Both the position numbers and the translations under genes were made by a program. Below the pieces are notes generated by a model. The model was not told the DNA's origin. It was given only the letters and a program-made list of their open reading frames with translations, and made no database searches. A stretch of DNA of 64,000 nt from NCBI GenBank assembly GCA_038885755.1, contig JAVZZH010000001.1, positions 224,001 to 288,000 of the forward strand. The letters are read 5' to 3'. Of the stretch, positions 9,153 to 17,566 are shown in pieces; position 1 is the first letter of the stretch, and every line of letters starts with the position of its first letter. This DNA comes from Candidatus Caldarchaeum sp. Its GTDB lineage: Archaea; Thermoproteota; Nitrososphaeria_A; Caldarchaeales; Caldarchaeaceae.

Positions 9153-10064
9153 TTGGTTTTCGAAACAGTTGCACGCATAGTAAAGCCGTTTATCGTGGCG
9201 GTGAAACACCTCTTCTCCACACCGATCACCGTCAAGTATCCCTACGAGAAGATCGTCAACACCACGGGTGAACACTACCGATACGACCCGAAAGCCGGCA
9301 TAGCCTACCCGGGCTTCAAAGGCAGGCACATCCTCTACCTTGACAAATGCACGGGCTGCAGCCTCTGCGACATAGCCTGCCAGAACATAGCCGAGGCCAT
9401 CATAATGGTCTACGGCTTCAACGTAAGCATTAAGTTCGGCAAGGAGTTCATGGAGGGTTTCAGGTCGGGCGACAAGACTGCTGTGGAGTTTGTCGAGAAC
9501 CTTACCACGGCCCTCTACTCAGGCGGGCGTGGAGCTGGCTTCAACTCACACCCGGTCCAAGACGTAGCTTGGACAGATTTCAGAGCGATCCAGCCCTCCG
9601 AGGATGGTTATCTGTGGAAGCTCAACGCCGAGCCTTTGTTTGCATACAGGTCTGAATACATAGTCGAGACCTACCTGCAGAAATTCTTCGACTGGCTCAA
9701 GTCGGCGGGATGGGCTGAGGAAGCGTTCGAGGTTCAGGGTGCCGACAAGGAGGATGAGTACCATAGGTTTTCGAAAGACCGCTACCAAGTTGTTTTGGCC
9801 CTAACGAAGATCGATGAAAAGATGGCGCACAACAAGAAATCCTACTTCCCAGCAGTCGATTACAGCCGCTGTGTGTTCTGCGGTTTCTGCGTGGACGCCT
9901 GCCCGTTCTACGCTTTGGAGATGATGCCCGACTACGAGCTTTCAGCCATGGACAGAAGGTCTCTCCTGTACAGCCCGAAGCAGCTGGCCAAGCCCGGCGT
10001 CTCAACAGCCCCGGCTGAGATAGGCTGGTTCGACAAGCTTGTAATGGCTTTGAGGGGATGGTAG
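9153..10064 (+). CDS. nuoI: complex I NuoI-like 2x[4Fe-4S] subunit with large internal insertion
   Basis: TVKYPYE, FKGRH, CTGCSLCDIAC and CVFCGFCVDACP motifs; ~130 extra residues between the clusters. Confidence 0.85.
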   Translation: MVFETVARIVKPFIVAVKHLFSTPITVKYPYEKIVNTTGEHYRYDPKAGIAYPGFKGRHILYLDKCTGCSLCDIACQNIAEAIIMVYGFNVSIKFGKEFMEGFRSGDKTAVEFVENLTTALYSGGRGAGFNSHPVQDVAWTDFRAIQPSEDGYLWKLNAEPLFAYRSEYIVETYLQKFFDWLKSAGWAEEAFEVQGADKEDEYHRFSKDRYQVVLALTKIDEKMAHNKKSYFPAVDYSRCVFCGFCVDACPFYALEMMPDYELSAMDRRSLLYSPKQLAKPGVSTAPAEIGWFDKLVMALRGW

Positions 10065-10420
10065 TGTCTCACGAGCTCTCCCCGAAGGAGAGGCCTGAGC
10101 TCGTCGAGCTGCATGAGGGGCTCAGGAGCCTCGTCAAGGCTTTACGATCTTTTCTAGACACGGAGGACTATGGCTGGCTTAAGAAGGCCTTTGAAGTCCA
10201 TCAGAAGCTTGTGAGCAACAAGCATTATCAGGGCTTGTCTGGAAGGCTCGACCTCGACAACAATCTCAGAGCCATGAACCAAGTCTACCTAGCCTACGGA
10301 GAGAAGTCGGATGACTTTACGCATGGACGGCTTCTCGACCAAGTTGTGTACACCATCGTAAGGGCTAACATCATTTCGACGGGGCTTGAGTTCAAGCTCA
10401 AGCGTATGAGGAAGGGCTAG
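10058..10420 (+). CDS. hypothetical helical protein
   Basis: 120-aa ORF overlapping the nuoI stop, filling the gap to the convergent nuoH. Confidence 0.7.
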   Translation: MVVSHELSPKERPELVELHEGLRSLVKALRSFLDTEDYGWLKKAFEVHQKLVSNKHYQGLSGRLDLDNNLRAMNQVYLAYGEKSDDFTHGRLLDQVVYTIVRANIISTGLEFKLKRMRKG

Positions 10421-11448
10421 GCTGTCAGGGTGGGCAGGTAGACTGTTAGGCTTACGATGAACAGGTTTATCAGGGCCAGCGGTATCAGAACCCTCCACCC
10501 GAGGTCTAGGATCTTCTTCATCGTAATTCTTGTGTAAACTCCTCTGAAGAGCAGCACTATCGACAGCAAGACTAGGAACTTGACGAACACCCAGAACGGA
10601 TGTGCTATCGTCTCCGGGACCCCGGGAAGCATCGGCCCGTGCCAGCCTCCCAGATAGAGGTTGACCGTGAGGAAGATCAGGGCGTCGAGCTTGGTGTACA
10701 TGGCTAGCTGGATGGTCAAGAACCCGACGGACCCGTACTCCACCATCCAGCCTTCCACAAGCTCCTGCTCGGCCGTCGGCAGGTCGAACGGAATCCGCTC
10801 AGCCTCGCTCAGAGCCGCTATGAAGAAGACTAGAAACCCGATGACCTGCGTTATGATGAACGGCACTGCGTACTGGGAGTTGACGATTTCGACGATGTCG
10901 AAAGACCTAGCCACAATTATAACGCCTGTGAGGGCTAGGAACAGCGGTATCTCGTATGCGAAAACTTGGAAGGCGAACCTTATCATGCCTATGAAGCTGT
11001 ACTTGCTTCCCGAAGCCCATCCAGCAATTATGAATGGGATAGGTGAAACAGCCAGCAGAAGGAATATCAACAGCACGCTGATGTCCGACCTGTAAATCAC
11101 CCAGTATTCGCTGAAAGGTATGAAGGCGAAGAGGAGGGCCGATAACACGAGGGCGGCCATCGGCATGGTGATGAAAAGCTTTCTCCTAGCCCGTGATGGA
11201 ATGATGTATTCTTTCGAAAGAAACTTGAGTGCGTCTGCAACCACCTGCAGCCATCCGCCGTACTTGCCGACGTGGAAAGGCCCGATCCTAAGCATCACAC
11301 GTGCCAAGAGTTTTCGCTCATACCAGACCGAGAGGATGCCTAGGACGGCGACGAACGTTGCTCCCGGGAAAATTGCCGCCTTGACGAAAGGCTCGCTTGC
11401 GACGAAGCGAATTACTTGGTCAAGGGGTGGAGGTACCGGGACTACCAT
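10417..11448 (-). CDS. nuoH: complex I subunit NuoH
   Basis: ERKLLAR..LRIGP, Q.VADALK..SKE, GWASGSKYS and RIPFDLP.AEQELVEG motifs. Confidence 0.95.
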   Translation of the reverse strand: MVVPVPPPLDQVIRFVASEPFVKAAIFPGATFVAVLGILSVWYERKLLARVMLRIGPFHVGKYGGWLQVVADALKFLSKEYIIPSRARRKLFITMPMAALVLSALLFAFIPFSEYWVIYRSDISVLLIFLLLAVSPIPFIIAGWASGSKYSFIGMIRFAFQVFAYEIPLFLALTGVIIVARSFDIVEIVNSQYAVPFIITQVIGFLVFFIAALSEAERIPFDLPTAEQELVEGWMVEYGSVGFLTIQLAMYTKLDALIFLTVNLYLGGWHGPMLPGVPETIAHPFWVFVKFLVLLSIVLLFRGVYTRITMKKILDLGWRVLIPLALINLFIVSLTVYLPTLTA

Positions 11449-11451
11449 GTC

Positions 11452-11808
11452 TCACAGCCTCTGGGGAAGGTCCTTAAGGCTGAGGGCTGCGAAGATGGAT
11501 GAAGCGCTCAGCACTCCAAGCAGGAGCACGAGGTTGAAGGCGTACTGTGGATTATCTATGATTGCTAGGGCTGAGATGAAGACGGCTATCGAGAGGACGG
11601 CGTAAGCCACGTAGATGATGGCGTAGGGGAAGTATTCTACGGGGAAGGAGGTTTCAGCCCACTCGAAAGGAACCTGACCGCTTTCGAACGAAAGCCTCTT
11701 CCTCCTCGTCCCCCTGCTCGACGAGAGGAGCTTGTTGGCCAGAAGAAGTATCAGGGGAAGCGCCGCCGTCAAAACCGTGTAGTAGATCAGCGCCTCGGTC
11801 TGCGACAT
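11452..11808 (-). CDS. nuoA: complex I subunit NuoA-like (divergent)
   Basis: 118 aa, 3 TM, K..SFESGQ.P loop, F..EYF.YAI; directly upstream of nuoH. Confidence 0.75.
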   Translation of the reverse strand: MSQTEALIYYTVLTAALPLILLLANKLLSSSRGTRRKRLSFESGQVPFEWAETSFPVEYFPYAIIYVAYAVLSIAVFISALAIIDNPQYAFNLVLLLGVLSASSIFAALSLKDLPQRL

Positions 11809-11844
11809 CGGTGATAAGCCGAGCGGCGATTATTTAAATCTGCG

Positions 11845-13299
11845 TCAACGAGGCTCGAGAGCTGTTTTGAGGCTGAGATACTGCTTTATGTCCGAGACGG
11901 GAACCCTCTCCTGCTTCATCGTGTCTCTGTCTCGGATTGTTGCGGTGTGGTCTTGAATGGTCTGGTAGTCGACTGTGATGCAGTAGGGCGTACCTATCTC
12001 GTCCTGTCTTCTGTACCTCCTTCCGATGCTGCCGCTTTCGTCGTAGAAGACGTCGAAGTCCAGCTTTAAGCTCTCGTAAACGGATCTGGCGTAGCTGACC
12101 AGCGGAGGCTTGTCCATCAGAGGGAACACGGCTGCGGTGTATGGCGCTAGGTAGGGATGGAGCTTGAGGACTGTTCTCTCGTTTTCGACTTTGTAAGCTA
12201 GCTCCAGCAGGGCTAGAATGCTCCGGTCAACACCCATCGAAAGCTCGAAGACATGAGGGACTATGCTCACGCCGTCCTCGACAACACTCAGGTCAGCACC
12301 GCTCTCACGCGCGTGGCCGTTCAAGTCGTAATCTGTCCTGTTGTTGCAGGCCACGAGCTCCACCCATCCCGAGCCGAGCAGCACCTCAAAATCCCACGCC
12401 TCAGCCGCGTAGAACGCCTTCTCGTCATCCCCCAGCCTCCTAAACCTAATCCTGTCGAGGGGGAAGCCAAGAGCTAGGTAAAAATCCTGAAGAAGCGACA
12501 GGTAGTAGGCTGTGAGCCAGCTAGACACCAGCCCGGACTCGACGGCTTCGCTGCACTTGACGAGGCTCACCCTGTCGTCAACCATGAGGTTGAGCAGCTT
12601 GTCCTTAACAGCTTCAGCCTTCGAGCCGTCAGCTATATTCGGGTTGTAGAAAACCTCTACCTCGGCCTGCGTGAACTCCCTCAACCTGAGCAGCGACTGT
12701 CTGGGGGAGATCTCGTTCCTGAAGCTCCTGCCTACCTGCGCAACCGCTATCGGTAGTTTCCTCCGCGATATCTTATAAATCCTCTGAAAATCCACGAAGA
12801 TGTTTTGACATGTCTCGGGCCTCAGGTATGCATCCTCGCCCGCCGCTCCCACCGAGACTTTGAACATCATGTTGAAGAGCGAGACCTTACCCAGACTTCC
12901 GCCGCAGAGCGGACATTTGAAACCTGTACGCTCTATGATCGAATCTATCTGCTCCGGCGGAGTTCTCTCGGGGACTTTCAAGCCAGTCTTCTCCTCGATA
13001 AGCCTGTCTATCCTGTGCACCGCGCCGCAGGACGAGCATCTGCTTATAGGGTCTACGAAGGTGGTGAGATGCCCTGAGGCGGCGAAAACCCCTCTGGGAA
13101 GGATCTGCGACCCGTCTATCAGTATCATCTCGTCCCTTCGAACCAAAAGCCTGTGCCATGCCGAAATATACTTCTGCTTCATCAACACCCCGAGATGCCC
13201 GTACTCCCAGAACCCTGCGGGAGAGTTAGGATATATCTCAGCCGAGGGGAAGAAAAAACCTCTCTCGAGCCCGAGCTTTATCACCTCTTCAAGACCCAT
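11845..13299 (-). CDS. glyS: glycine--tRNA ligase (archaeal/eukaryotic alpha2 type)
   Basis: YLRPETCQ, SFRNEISPRQ.LLR.REF.QAE and GSIGRRYRRQDEIGTPYC motifs. Confidence 0.96.
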   Translation of the reverse strand: MGLEEVIKLGLERGFFFPSAEIYPNSPAGFWEYGHLGVLMKQKYISAWHRLLVRRDEMILIDGSQILPRGVFAASGHLTTFVDPISRCSSCGAVHRIDRLIEEKTGLKVPERTPPEQIDSIIERTGFKCPLCGGSLGKVSLFNMMFKVSVGAAGEDAYLRPETCQNIFVDFQRIYKISRRKLPIAVAQVGRSFRNEISPRQSLLRLREFTQAEVEVFYNPNIADGSKAEAVKDKLLNLMVDDRVSLVKCSEAVESGLVSSWLTAYYLSLLQDFYLALGFPLDRIRFRRLGDDEKAFYAAEAWDFEVLLGSGWVELVACNNRTDYDLNGHARESGADLSVVEDGVSIVPHVFELSMGVDRSILALLELAYKVENERTVLKLHPYLAPYTAAVFPLMDKPPLVSYARSVYESLKLDFDVFYDESGSIGRRYRRQDEIGTPYCITVDYQTIQDHTATIRDRDTMKQERVPVSDIKQYLSLKTALEPR

Positions 13300-13314
13300 C
13301 TTTCCAGCACCGTT

Positions 13315-14004
13315 TTAAAGAACTGTCTTGCCGCAGTTGGGGCACGTACCGTTAATGTTTACGTATGCCTCTGCGCACCCCTGATGAAACACGACCCCGC
13401 AGCTGCTGCATCTAACAGCGTTCTCGGCCGTGACGGTTGTGTAGCATATGGGGCAGACCGTTTCATCCTCAACGTTTTCAACCCTCTCCAAGCTGGTCTC
13501 CTCCGGAACCGACGAACTCGTCAACGGCTCCTGCTCCCCGTAGTACTGGGGATACGGAACCTCGACCCTCTGCGGCCTCGTCAGGACAACCACGAGCCCC
13601 AAAGCCATCAGAACCACGGCCGTGAACAGAGCTGCGAAGAAGCCTAGGTCAGGTTCTCCGGAGACGTTGAGCCTCGGCAGCGCAACCATGCTGAGGTACA
13701 CGGGTGAAAGCAAGGCGAGGACGCCTCCTAGAATCGAGAAAGCCGCTAGGATGATTCTCACCGTCCCAGCCCGCGACGAGAAGGATGTGGCGAGAAGCGA
13801 GAGGCCTGCGAGCATTCCGCCGGCTACTGAAAACATCAGGGTCTCGGTCAACAGATAACCGCTCAGAAGGCTTCTGGAAACAGTGTCAGCCCTTACCACG
13901 TACCAAGGCAGCAGAAGAGTAAGGATGTGCATGCTCCCAACTAGCGCAAGCAAGGAGCCGAGCTTGAAAAACCTTACCAAAAGCCGTTGCTCGGAGACTA
14001 TCAT
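13315..14004 (-). CDS. four-TM membrane protein with C-terminal RING-like zinc finger (putative membrane E3 ligase)
   Basis: Four hydrophobic segments, then CPIC-x11-CSSC-x4-H-x2-C-x10-CPNC, the same ligand spacing as the small RING protein at 15277-15507. Confidence 0.8.
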   Translation of the reverse strand: MIVSEQRLLVRFFKLGSLLALVGSMHILTLLLPWYVVRADTVSRSLLSGYLLTETLMFSVAGGMLAGLSLLATSFSSRAGTVRIILAAFSILGGVLALLSPVYLSMVALPRLNVSGEPDLGFFAALFTAVVLMALGLVVVLTRPQRVEVPYPQYYGEQEPLTSSSVPEETSLERVENVEDETVCPICYTTVTAENAVRCSSCGVVFHQGCAEAYVNINGTCPNCGKTVL

Positions 14005-14133
14005 TCCGGCTTAAAGCCTGTGAAAAGCACCTTATAAAAACATGTCTCTGGAACTCCCTCGAGTCGTTTAGCGAGATTGTCGGTTTTTCCCGTAGCAGTA
14101 GGGTTTATAACCCCGTAAAACGCTGAATGTGCC

Positions 14134-14967
14134 ATGGGCCTGCTTTCCAAGCGCGGCGACAACATGGTCGACCTCCGTAAAGAGGTTGCCGCTTTAAGGG
14201 TGCAGTTAATCGACAGGATGGAGGAGAGAATAGGCCTTGTCGAGGAGGCTTTGTCGAAGCTCAAGGAGGATGTTAGGCTCGTCCTAGACCAGTTTTCGGC
14301 TCCACACAAGATAATGGTAAACATGCAGGAGATCCTTGCACGTGGAGCTGTCCTCAACGAGACTCTCGACGAGTTCAAGGCGGCTACAGAGGAGCTGAAG
14401 GCTATGCGCAACAGCGTGCAGGAGATGACTGAAGCCTTGATGAGGGAGAGGGAGCAGCTTGCGAAGGAGATGCAGAGGTATAAGGCTGAGAGAGACGGTT
14501 TGAACGCCTTGAGGGAGGAGGTTTCCAGATGGAGGGCCGAGCTTGAGCAGAAAGAGCGTCAGATCGCAGAGGCTCAGGAGACGCTTAAAACTCTTCTGAG
14601 GAAGAAGGAGAGCTTGGAGGAGGAGGTCCGGATGCTGAGCGATAGATACTTGACTTCTTTCGATGATGCTCAGAAGAAGCTCGAGGCATACGGGAGGGAG
14701 ATGGACAAGATGTTCAAACTGAGGGAGATCAGGATGGAGAGGTTGATTCGTAGGGAGAAAGAGCTCGAGGACAGACTGGCTGCGTTGGAAAACAGCAAGT
14801 CAGAGGCTGAGAAGCTTATTGCTTTCGCTAATAAGCTGAAGGAGGAGGTGAGCAAGCTGGAAGCCTACAAGGAATCGCTGTCAAACGAGATATCTCAGAT
14901 GGAGAAGAGGAGGGCTGAGCTGAACGAGCTGATAACTGAGATGAGGCGGGCATTCCTCACTTCATAA
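14134..14967 (+). CDS. long coiled-coil protein
   Basis: 277 aa, E/K/R/L-rich heptads, a single Pro; TATA-like TTTATAA at ~14104. Confidence 0.8.
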   Translation: MGLLSKRGDNMVDLRKEVAALRVQLIDRMEERIGLVEEALSKLKEDVRLVLDQFSAPHKIMVNMQEILARGAVLNETLDEFKAATEELKAMRNSVQEMTEALMREREQLAKEMQRYKAERDGLNALREEVSRWRAELEQKERQIAEAQETLKTLLRKKESLEEEVRMLSDRYLTSFDDAQKKLEAYGREMDKMFKLREIRMERLIRREKELEDRLAALENSKSEAEKLIAFANKLKEEVSKLEAYKESLSNEISQMEKRRAELNELITEMRRAFLTS

Positions 14968-15273
14968 CTTCAGAGCCTTCTTTATCTGAGCAACTGTCGC
15001 AGACAACTCTCCCAACGCGTTTAGAACATCTCTCATGTCGTCTGCAAGAATAGTGAGCTGGTCCTCGATATCCCTCAACTTCTTCTCGAAGCCTTCGGGA
15101 GGTTTTTCCTCTCTCTGCAGCGAGTTGATTTTGGCGTTGACTTTTTCGATTTCCTCGAAAACCTCGACAAGTAGCTCAGCTAGCTGCTTGACTCCCTCAA
15201 ACCGTGCAACAGGCCCCTTCGGCGTCTCCAGAAAGTCCAGTTCTACCACCTTCTCGTTTTTCTCCTCCGACAT
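14962..15273 (-). CDS. small coiled-coil protein, last gene of the ubiquitin operon
   Basis: 103 aa; starts 3 nt after the RING gene stop with GGAGTGA upstream; heptad pattern. Confidence 0.75.
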   Translation of the reverse strand: MSEEKNEKVVELDFLETPKGPVARFEGVKQLAELLVEVFEEIEKVNAKINSLQREEKPPEGFEKKLRDIEDQLTILADDMRDVLNALGELSATVAQIKKALKL

Positions 15274-15276
15274 CGC

Positions 15277-15507
15277 TCACTCCTCCACGATCGTTCTCCG
15301 GCAGAGGGGGCAGGTCTTCCTGATAAGCAGCCAGTCGTCGAAGCACGTCATATGACCTACAGCCCCGCAGTGAGGACAGCTGTAGATTTTGTCGTTCGAC
15401 AGCTCCAGCCCACAGATTACACACAGGCCTGTCCTCTCCTTCTTCTCAGACACGGCTTCGAACGGGTTCCAGAAGCCCGCGTTAACTTCCTTGACCACTA
15501 TCTTCAA
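15277..15507 (-). CDS. srfp: small RING finger protein (E3-like)
   Basis: CVIC-x11-CPHC-x4-H-x2-C...W...CPLCR; follows E1 in the Ub operon. Confidence 0.92.
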   Translation of the reverse strand: MKIVVKEVNAGFWNPFEAVSEKKERTGLCVICGLELSNDKIYSCPHCGAVGHMTCFDDWLLIRKTCPLCRRTIVEE

Positions 15508-16672
15508 CGAGCCTCACCCTTACAGAGAGTGGAGCAGCCCTCCTGCTCGTGTGGACGAAGACCACGTCCCCGTCTTTCAGCCCCGAGCCTATCAAGGTTT
15601 CGGATTCGTTTATCAGCCGGGTTCCGTGCTGGAGCTGGACGTCCGGGAACATAAACTTGCTGGATATTCTCTCCAAGAAATCGACTACTCTTTCGTGAGG
15701 ATGTGCGGTCATCTCGACTGGTTTATCGCTGTCAGACCCGCATACATGGCAGAGCTCGTTCCTAGCAAGCCTGACCCTAGAGACACGGCCGTTCAGCCCG
15801 TCGTAAACGAGCAGCCCGCTCAAAGACCTTCCCAAAGAGCCGTCGTGCAGAACTCTAACGACTTCGAAGACGCCTAGGCCGGCTACTGTTGCGGATATGC
15901 TTAGAACGGCTGGAATCTTCGGGTTGAGCAGACTACGTAAACGGTTGACGAGGTTTTTGAGCTCTGGACTCAGCCCGTCGACAACCTTCTGAGGGGCGTA
16001 TTTTATGTCGTAGAGCGTCTTGATGTTGTGGTTGAAAAGCTCAGCCGCCTCATCCAACCCCACTGCTATGCCTCTGTCCCTGAGCTCGGAGACGAGGTCT
16101 TCAGGCTTCCTCCGCCTCAGAGAGCATTCAGCTGCCTGAACCTCCAAAGGGATCAGGGCCTCCGCATGACACTCGATACAAGCCGTCTGTCGCGGGATTA
16201 TCGTCTGAACGTTCCCGTAGTATCCGTCGGTCGCTAGGTCGACTAAAGGCTTGCCCAGCTCCACGGCCATAGAGTTAATCCATCGCCTAGTCGGCCAGTT
16301 GTCTACACAGCTGACCAGCACGTCGAACTCAGAGAAGACATCCTCACCTATGTTCCTTACATCCTTGTGCATCCCAACAACGTGCACTAGAGGGTTCATG
16401 CGTCTAACCCGCTGCTCCGCAAGCTCCGCCTTCGGCTTTCCTATATCCTCGTCGACGTAAAGCATCTGCCTGCTTAGGTTGGAGAGCTCAACGACGTCGT
16501 TGTCGACTAGAAGCAGTTCGCCCACGCCCATCAACGCTAGGTTCTTAGCCGCTTCACATCCAAGAGCGCCGACTCCAGCGACCAGCACACGGGCTGACGC
16601 CAGCCTGCGCTGGTCCCAGCCCTCAAGCATTAGTTGTCTGTCGTACCGTGCTAGTGCTGAGCCTGCATCCAA
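15482..16672 (-). CDS. e1l: ubiquitin-activating enzyme E1-like
   Basis: RYDRQ, GVGALG, DNDVVELSNLSRQ, CIEC/CHVC Zn pairs, putative catalytic AECSL; C-terminal region resembles a ubiquitin fold. Confidence 0.95.
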   Translation of the reverse strand: MDAGSALARYDRQLMLEGWDQRRLASARVLVAGVGALGCEAAKNLALMGVGELLLVDNDVVELSNLSRQMLYVDEDIGKPKAELAEQRVRRMNPLVHVVGMHKDVRNIGEDVFSEFDVLVSCVDNWPTRRWINSMAVELGKPLVDLATDGYYGNVQTIIPRQTACIECHAEALIPLEVQAAECSLRRRKPEDLVSELRDRGIAVGLDEAAELFNHNIKTLYDIKYAPQKVVDGLSPELKNLVNRLRSLLNPKIPAVLSISATVAGLGVFEVVRVLHDGSLGRSLSGLLVYDGLNGRVSRVRLARNELCHVCGSDSDKPVEMTAHPHERVVDFLERISSKFMFPDVQLQHGTRLINESETLIGSGLKDGDVVFVHTSRRAAPLSVRVRLVEDSGQGS

Positions 16673-16673
16673 C

Positions 16674-17180
16674 CTAGAGACCCTTTCTCCTGCCCAGCTT
16701 AAAAGCTTCCTCCGGAGAGGCGTAGACCTCTAAAAACTGTCTCACCCGGGCCATGAAGAGGTCGGGCCTGTTTTTGTACTCGAAGGCAGCGATGGGGTTT
16801 AGCGGGTCTTCGGGGTTGGGGTTGTTCAGCAGGTTTCTGAGAGCCTCTATGACGGCGACTATTCTGAGGGAGGGCGACCAGTGGTCCTTGAAGACAGACT
16901 CGCAGACGCGAGCCGGAACTGTGTCTGAGAAGTTTGGATGCCATATTCTTGTGTGCCAAACTATGTCGGGCGGGAAGTAGGGGTACGAGCGCGGTATAAG
17001 GATCTCGACCCTGAAGTATCCGCCCTCGTAAATGTTTGTCCCGATTATCACGCCCTCGTAGTGTGTAAGGTCGTTCTCGACCGGGCTGAACGTCGGTTCA
17101 TTTTCCTGGATGAGCGAATACTCGAGCGCCAGCCTCCTGTGCCATGCGCTCTCAGGCAGCTCAGCGTAAACGTTCTCCAT
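16674..17180 (-). CDS. e2l: ubiquitin-conjugating enzyme E2-like
   Basis: YEGG.F, YPYFPP, IWHPN...VC (catalytic Cys), WSPS and PNPEDPLN..AA motifs. Confidence 0.97.
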   Translation of the reverse strand: MENVYAELPESAWHRRLALEYSLIQENEPTFSPVENDLTHYEGVIIGTNIYEGGYFRVEILIPRSYPYFPPDIVWHTRIWHPNFSDTVPARVCESVFKDHWSPSLRIVAVIEALRNLLNNPNPEDPLNPIAAFEYKNRPDLFMARVRQFLEVYASPEEAFKLGRRKGL

Positions 17181-17415
17181 TTCCCCCCACCGTACGGGTG
17201 ATGAGGACGAACTTATCCCCGTCGGCGACGCCTAGGCTCTGAAGGGTCTCCGTGTCCTTCAACGCCCTTCCCTTGTATGTAAGCCTAGTTGTGTCTGGGG
17301 GGAGCTTCCTCATGGCGCATACCTTGGTCCTAACCGCTCCAATCGTTGCGTTCGGCGAAACCTCCAACTCTAAAGGGCTTCCTCCACCCACGGCAGGCAC
17401 TATCTTTATCTTCAT
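17161..17415 (-). CDS. ubq: eukaryote-like ubiquitin (pro-form, GG followed by NGERLR)
   Basis: Beta-grasp sequence with RLTYKGRALKD.ETL..LGV.DGD...L..RTVGG; heads the Ub-E2-E1-RING operon. Confidence 0.95.
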   Translation of the reverse strand: MKIKIVPAVGGGSPLELEVSPNATIGAVRTKVCAMRKLPPDTTRLTYKGRALKDTETLQSLGVADGDKFVLITRTVGGNGERLR

Positions 17416-17566
17416 ACTGCAGGCTTGTTAAGCTAAAGTGTATATAAGGTTTAACGGCGTGTAAAACGTCGAAAATGTCGATGAAATATTTCGACATTCC
17501 CGAAAGAGTCTAGTCGTCGGGAGAAACACGACATTTTTAATACCCGGCTTTGTCTCCTTGGAAGCG
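17416..17566. promoter_or_regulatory. divergent promoter region for the Ub operon and rpn11, with repeated AAAAYGTCG motifs
   Basis: TTATATA (minus, 17441-17447) ~26 nt from the Ub ATG; TTTTAATA (17535-17542) ~25 nt from the rpn11 ATG; inverted repeat AATGTCGA-N9-TCGACATT. Confidence 0.6.

Noticed and set aside
9411-9833. NuoI insertion as an intein (contains ...AHN)
   Set aside because: No Cys/Ser at the insert start, HN is followed by Lys rather than Cys/Ser/Thr, and NKK appears to belong to the host NuoI sequence.
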